A DNA stretch of 61,378 nucleotides, the filler included, from Blastocystis sp. subtype 4 (Eukaryota): assembly GCF_000743755.1 (NCBI RefSeq). It is 2 parts of 2 records of this genome, joined end to end, with 100 filler letters (N's around TTAATTAATTAA, not from the genome) between each part and the next. Parts side by side here need not be neighbours in the genome. Positions count along the whole stretch, not along the records: positions 30,811 to 61,378 come from NW_014569431.1; 1 more part is not named here. One strand, given 5' to 3'. Numbering within the stretch: the first letter of the stretch is position 1; each line of letters begins with the position of its first letter. Below are positions 55,243 through 61,378 of the stretch, in pieces. Position numbers and translations under genes: made by a program. The notes beneath the pieces are model-generated. The model was not told the origin of the DNA, made no database searches, and saw only the letters and a program-made list of their open reading frames with translations.

Positions 55243-56096
55243 TTACAACGAACACTCCCTGCGATTGTCCCTTAAAACACTCTCACTTTCTTCCGGTGAT
55301 GCGTAGGTTATTACGGAGGCTACAGGTAACATCTCAGAAGAGTCTCTACAGAAGTTTGCATTGGTTTGTCGATCCTCCATATCCATGTTGGTACCTTTCC
55401 CAGAAGTATATTCTAGTCCCGGCTCTTCGTAATCATCACCTGAACGAACAGATCCATGACGAGAAGTCGGTTTACTATTCATCTGAAAGGGATTTCGACT
55501 TGCTCCTTCTCCAGAAGACTGGAAGTTCAAAACTGCTTTACTTCCATGGTAACGCTTTGCTGCTATATCATATGCACGAGCAGCTTCCTGCTCGGATGAA
55601 TAACTACCCAAATACTAGAGATCATTCCAAACGAACGGTTCCAACGACTTTCTTTCCATTATATTGAATCTGTGCATTCCACTTCCCCGAACGCGAATAT
55701 ACCCCTCTGTATCCACTAGTATATATATGATTGGAGGAGACGCTTCCTCCCTTTCTAGTTCTTAAAAATCTGATAGAGGAACACTTTAATGAGTCCATTC
55801 TAACTTTCTTTTGCACTCTGTGAAAGCTAGATGATGATTCCTGAGTATTACAGCGATCACGCATTTGTTGCTGTCCATTCGCTATAATATTAAACTAGAG
55901 CAAGTGAGCAGTCACCTTGTTCCAAACCGGTGCAGTGTGGACACACCCAGAACTCCTCTGGTTGCGAGAGAAGTGGAGGTTTTAGACATGCTGGATGATA
56001 CGTACAAGAACAGAAATCACAACATAATAATATCCCTTTTCCTAAGCAGGCTCCACAATAATCGTCATGGGCTCCATGATACAAAGGAGTGTCCAT
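55243..56096 (-). CDS. PHD finger + AP2 DNA-binding domain protein
   Basis: CGACLGKGILLCCDFCSCTYHPACL..WVCPHC; SGYRGVYSRSGKWNAQI..YLGSYSSEQEAARAYDIAAKRYHGSKAVLNF. Confidence 0.87.
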
Positions 56097-56798
56097 TGGT
56101 ATTGAGGCAATTTAAATGATGCCACGAGATGGGACGAAATAACGAAGAAATTTGAATGACATCTTCACTTCAGTTTGATAGATTAGTCCTAGAGAACAGA
56201 AAGAAGAGAGCTTAAAATAGTATAAGCGGTCATTCAGTGGATCACTTGATTATGGATTGCATTGGATATAAAAGGAAGTAAGGTAGCAACGAACTGAAAT
56301 GGATAGCTGCTGAAATGTTGTAGAAGGAATATTTGCTTACTATATCAACAATGGAGTAATTCAGCAAGTGGGAAAGCCATATTAGTTTGTTGAAGTACTC
56401 ATTTTCATAGAATTGATTTGTATTCAAAACTGTTGCATTACCAAACAAATCTAAGGCCTCTTGTTCATTCTTTCCCCTTCCCTAAGAGTCTCATCAATAC
56501 TGATCTGGTATCAAATGTTGTTTGCCAAATGAACAAAACAACTGTATTTGACTATGTCCAGCATAATCAAGAATAGAATTACCAAAAACCAATTTCTATA
56601 CAAATCATAATTCTTGCCATAATATATTCAAATTGATTATTCGTTCATTTGAATTGTCAATTATTAATGTACTGCAATTATTCAGACTTCGAAATCAATC
56701 AATAACAATTAATTCTTGATCTCATTATCATGAAATCAATTAAGTAGAATTACTATCACTATTTGATTGACCGATCTTCGTTCCACACATTGTATTTC

Positions 56799-59462
56799 AT
56801 GAACATCCTTCCGTTTATTCTTCAGCTTTCGCTTATTGGGTACGATCTTCTTTCAATGTTATATCCAGTTTCACATGGGTCATGATTGGATTCTCTCAAT
56901 CAGTCCATCGTCTCCCCACTCCTTTCTCTGGAACAAATCAAACCGTCTTTTCTGAAACAAGAGCTCTTCAACTTCTCAATCGTCTCAGCTCCGAGATTGG
57001 CGTTAGGGAGGTGGGAATGAAAAGCAATGAAATAGATACTCCCCAGTATCTTATGAATGTTATTCAATCTCTTATGTCTGTTGCAGAGAAGAATGGATGG
57101 AAACTAGAAGTCGAACTTGAAGCTGAATCAGGCGCTCTTTCCTATTATTTCGTTCACACCCAATTCACCAATGTCTATTTAAACATTACAAACGTTGTTA
57201 TTAGTCTTACACCTAACCATGTATTGGAAAATCGAGTTGTCACAGATGGGATTCCTGCTTTTCTCCTTGGTGCTCATTATGATAGTGCATTTCGTTCTCC
57301 TGCCGCTAGCGATGACGGAGTGCCTGTTGTCGTAATCCTGGAGACAATTCGATGTCTTGTCAATCAGCCATCATATACATATCAGAGTCGATTACTCGCT
57401 GTTCTGAATGGAGCAGAAGAGACCTATTTGGTAGGTTCGCACGCCTTTGTTTCCAATCATCGTTGGGCTAAGGATGTCGTTGGATTCATTAACCTAGAGG
57501 CTATGGGAAGTGGAGGAGCTGAGCTATTATTTCAGTCAACCCAAAAGAATGACTGGGTTCTTCGAATCTTCGCGAAGTAAAGATAAGTGGTGAATTCCAT
57601 GTAGACATGCTCCACATCCCTTTGGTACTGTGATTGGTCAAGATGTATTTGATCAAGACATCATTCCAGCTGATACAGACTATCGTATCTATCAAGACGA
57701 ACTAAACGATGTCTCTGGCCTTGATTTCGCCTTTATCAAAAATGGCTTCACCTATCACACTCCTCATGATGATATGGACCATCTGGAACAAGGTCAGATT
57801 CAACACATGGGAGACAACGTCCTAGCTGTGACTTCAGCTATCCTCCAATTGGATCTCCTTCAGCAGCAAAGGGCTGGTCATACAGAAGGAAATGTATTCT
57901 TCGATGTATGTGGGCTATTCATGGTGGTTCTCTCGAAAAACACGATGATTCTACTCTGGAATTCTCTGTTATGTGTTGTTCTGAGTTTCTGTGTGTATCA
58001 TCGAGGAGGTTCAATTCTCAAAGGATTGATTCAAATAATATGTGTTCATGGATCTGCTATACTAACAGCTGGAATGCTTACACTTCTAATCAGTGAGGTA
58101 TTAAAGGCAGGTCTCTTCTGGTATTCCTCATCACCGTTCGCTCTTATTCTCTACTCACTTCTTCCCATCCTGGTTGCCTTTAACGTCCATTCTCTCCTGG
58201 ATAATGTCTTGTATCGATCCTTCACACCCACTCAACGACTCCGCTGTCATCTCTACAATAACCTACTGTTCACCACTATCATTGGAGTTCTGATGGCATA
58301 TCTTCGGCTGGGATCCAGTTTTCTCCCCTTATGCTATGTCATATCCACTTTCATCACACTAGGAGTCATCGAGTCCTGCAACAGACAAGCATATACCACT
58401 CTAGGGCTGTGGTTTCTCCTGTGTCTCAATTGTATGATCCCTTTCGCTGTAATTGGATACGTCACAAGGCCATTGAATGATATTATGGGCCCATTATACG
58501 GAAAGATGGCAGATGTTCCCTCACTCTTTGTAGAAATGAGTCAAGCAATTATTGCTTATCTCCACTTCATTCCGTTCCTTGTATCATTTTCTCCTTTCCT
58601 TTCTCTCCTCTCCGTAGAAGGAAAGACACATGTTCCATCCTTTATTTCACGTCTGTTCACGCTCATTACACTTCTTCTTGTTCTGTATGCAGCACAAATC
58701 CCATTTTGGGAACTCATTCCTGGACAACAAGAGAAAGTTCTCAGTATCATATTCAGTTCAAAAGCACCACGAAAAGTGATATATATGCAGTGTGTGAAGA
58801 ACAATCACACGGAAGCCTATGTTTCAGCAACAGATTCCTTCCAAATGAACGATTTGATACCACTCTTAGGAAGAACAGAATCCGTGTATCCTCTCCATTC
58901 CGATCACTGGAAAGCGATCCTTCCAGTTAGCACGATCCTAGCAGGAATTGGTGCCAATACTTCCTTCGCTTCACGGAATATGATTTCAGTTCAGACCGAA
59001 ACAATGCCCTGTACCAATTGCTACTCCAATATCACCCATCAGAAGTGAGATTATGATTTATGTATTCCAATAGATATGATACAACCATTCAATTCTCCTT
59101 AAATACAACCATTCCCGCATCAACTGTGATCACCTTTTCCAATTTCACTATTGTATGCTCACTGGAGAAATCATCACTAGATCGAATGTACCATGGACCA
59201 AACTACTATCCCTATGGTTGAAAATAACCTCAATGAGTACATTCTGAGACAAAGTGGAGGTATCGGGTCTGATACAGTGTCATACACACTTCGTGTTATG
59301 AGAACACCAGGAATGAAGATGCAGATTGATTCTGCTTTCTCAGAAAACATGATGAAGGATTATTCGAATGATCCACTTCAAGTCGAGAGACTAACACCAA
59401 TTCAACAACGTCTTTATCACCTCTACTTGTTCTATGGCGAATCACAGACAATTCATTTCTAG
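56799..59462 (+). CDS. ERMP1: M28 ER metallopeptidase (ERMP1-like)
   Basis: LLGAHYDS..SPAASDDG, NGAEETYLVGSHAF, FINLEAMGSGG, IPADTDYRIY, YHTPHD, multiple TM helices. Confidence 0.93.
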
Positions 59463-59528
59463 AGTAGTTATTGTTTGTTAGTCCAAGTTCAGTAGGTTTC
59501 TACCTTTTACCATTTATTTTTCTATATT

Positions 59529-61221
59529 ATGCAGTGCAGTATTTGCTGTGATAAAATTGATGTACGTGCCGTCCTTCCCTGTAATCATAACACATGTTGT
59601 GGGATATGCATATTCAAAGAAATTGCTTTGTTTAAAAACCGAAGGTGTCCATATTGCAAGGTATGGAGTAAGACTAATTCTCAACAATAGGAAGACATTA
59701 GAACACCTATTCTAACGGTAATTCCCCGAAAGAAGTATAATGACTTGCAACAGGAGTATCGTTTTAAGCACAATAAGGAATATGACATCGATTTTGATAA
59801 TGCGATTGTCGAGAAATGGTTCCTTGATTTGCTTTTAATGCGTTGTGTTGTATGTGATCCTGTGATTCCCTTTGGAAAAGTGAATGAGCAGGAATATGGA
59901 AAACAGACCATCGTCGATTATGGTACTGTGGCTACACTTCGGGCTCACCTGAATGAGGAGCACCATAAGTCGATTTGTCAGTTGTGTGCTAGTCAAGGTC
60001 GAATGTTTCCATATGAACTCAAACTGTATTTTCAGCCAGTGAGAATACATTTATTCATATAACATCTAGGGTTTGCAATCTCACCTTAATGGGATTGCTA
60101 AGGATCCTTCCCAACCAATTCATGTTGTATGATTCTTGTTTCTAGTCTTATATTCAGCAATGTCCCGTTTGTGGCATAATCCAGTATGATTCTCATGAAG
60201 TACTTATTCACTGTCGTTCTAAGCATATTCACTGTTTTCTATGTGGGATTAATGATCCAAAGAATGTCTTAATTGTGTCAGTTCGTTGATCTCTAGTATT
60301 ATCTGTCTGAGAAGAAGCTATTTGAGCATTATGGTAGTGCCCACTTCTTATGTCATATGTGTAAGAAGTATGTGGGTGAAACTATGATGGACTTGATCAA
60401 TCATCAGAATAAGGAGCATGGAGGTGTAGATCCTAATAATCATGTGTGCTATATTTAGTGATTCTTACAGAATAGTTATATTATGAGAATCCAGCCAAAG
60501 AGAGTTTGGGTTCTTTTCAATCGACTCGGCCTCAATTGTCAGCAGTGACACGTCCTCAACTGTCAGCAGTGACACGTCCTCAACTGCCACAACATTCAGT
60601 CGTCCCTCATTCTCAGCCTCCGACTCAGCACTCTTCTGTTTCTCGTTCTCCATCTGTTCAACGCTCACAATCTCGTCTTGTAGCTTCTTCGGCTCCCTTT
60701 GTTCAACGCCAACCAGCCAAGTCCTTTCTCTCCTTCACTTCCTTCCGAGAGGACCTTGTGAATCTCTTTAGTATTCTAGTGGATGTGCCTACCAATATCC
60801 CTGCTGCCAAACACGATGCATACGAGATGTGTAAAGTATTACTGGAGTTGTGTACCGTATGACTTCATTCTTGCCCCACCCGTAGAATATTGTTGACTAT
60901 CTAGCCCTCTCGCCCTCCTCCCTCCGGCTTTCGTTCACCGACACAAGTCGTACAATTCTACTTCAGTACATCGAGAAGAAGAGACATGACATTAATGTGC
61001 ATCAGCTTGTGGCTGTAGGAGTCACTCGGGATCATGCAGAACGAATTCATCGATACATCCATCAGTATCGAGTATTTTTTGAAAGAGAGAATGATGAATA
61101 GACTGCTAAAGGATGGGGTTATTATTATCATGAAGGATCAAGTGACTTCTCGAAATACTCAGAGAAGGAGTTATGGACGATTTCATGTTTCCTCTATCTT
61201 ACGATCAAACAATGGATTTAG
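59529..61221 (+). CDS. RING + C2H2 zinc-finger E3 ligase, ZNF598/Hel2-like
   Basis: CSICCDK..VLPCNH..CCGIC..CPYCK RING; LRAHLNEEHHKSICQLC..FPYELKLY; LFEHYGSAHFLC. Confidence 0.75.
60524..60586 (+). repeat. 24-bp coding tandem repeat, ~2.6 copies (TRPQLSAV)
   Basis: acacgtcctcaactgtcagcagtg-like unit repeated directly. Confidence 0.85.
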
Positions 61222-61378
61222 ACAATTGTTTATTAGAAACAGAATCCATTACGATTTGACTAAGTGCATTTATAAAAGGGATTGGACAGAAGCAACATCG
61301 CCACACACAAACTCAGCTCCATTGTTCTATTGCTCATTCATTTTACATATTCTCACCTTCAACAGATCCACACAGAAC

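Noticed and set aside
56170..56790. AT-rich stretch with 68-aa ORF and weak C/D-box-like words
   Set aside because: No recognisable protein or RNA structure; consistent with a divergent promoter region

Overview
Eukaryotic, extremely gene-dense DNA: about 40 protein genes, one tRNA-Gly, and GT-AG introns of ~28-32 nt. A TGTTTGTT-type element sits at most gene 3' ends. These traits, plus genes for a mitochondrion-related organelle, point to Blastocystis (inference). Several genes appear to get their stop codon only by polyadenylation (T or TA + poly(A) = TAA, 4 nt upstream of the element), a known Blastocystis trait; here it would create the C-terminal YYA (HbYX) tail of Rpt5. Most genes are housekeeping (MCM3, GINS1, RPL11, RPL39, V-ATPase d, SRP68, SAC1, NEMF, ERMP1). 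The most interesting items are: (i) a one-exon-per-repeat LRR-like solenoid fused to a helical domain with a long Gly/Ala hydrophobic hairpin (pore-forming-toxin-like), next to the tRNA; (ii) an unannotated SYCP2/Red1-like meiotic axis protein plus MLH3; (iii) a 66-aa spliced microprotein carrying only the ELM2 HDAC-binding motif; (iv) a gene whose ATG overlaps the last codon and poly(A) site of ubiquilin. An artificial N-TTAATTAATTAA-N linker at 30711-30810 joins two contigs. Gene models were spliced by hand and family calls come from remembered motifs, not searches.
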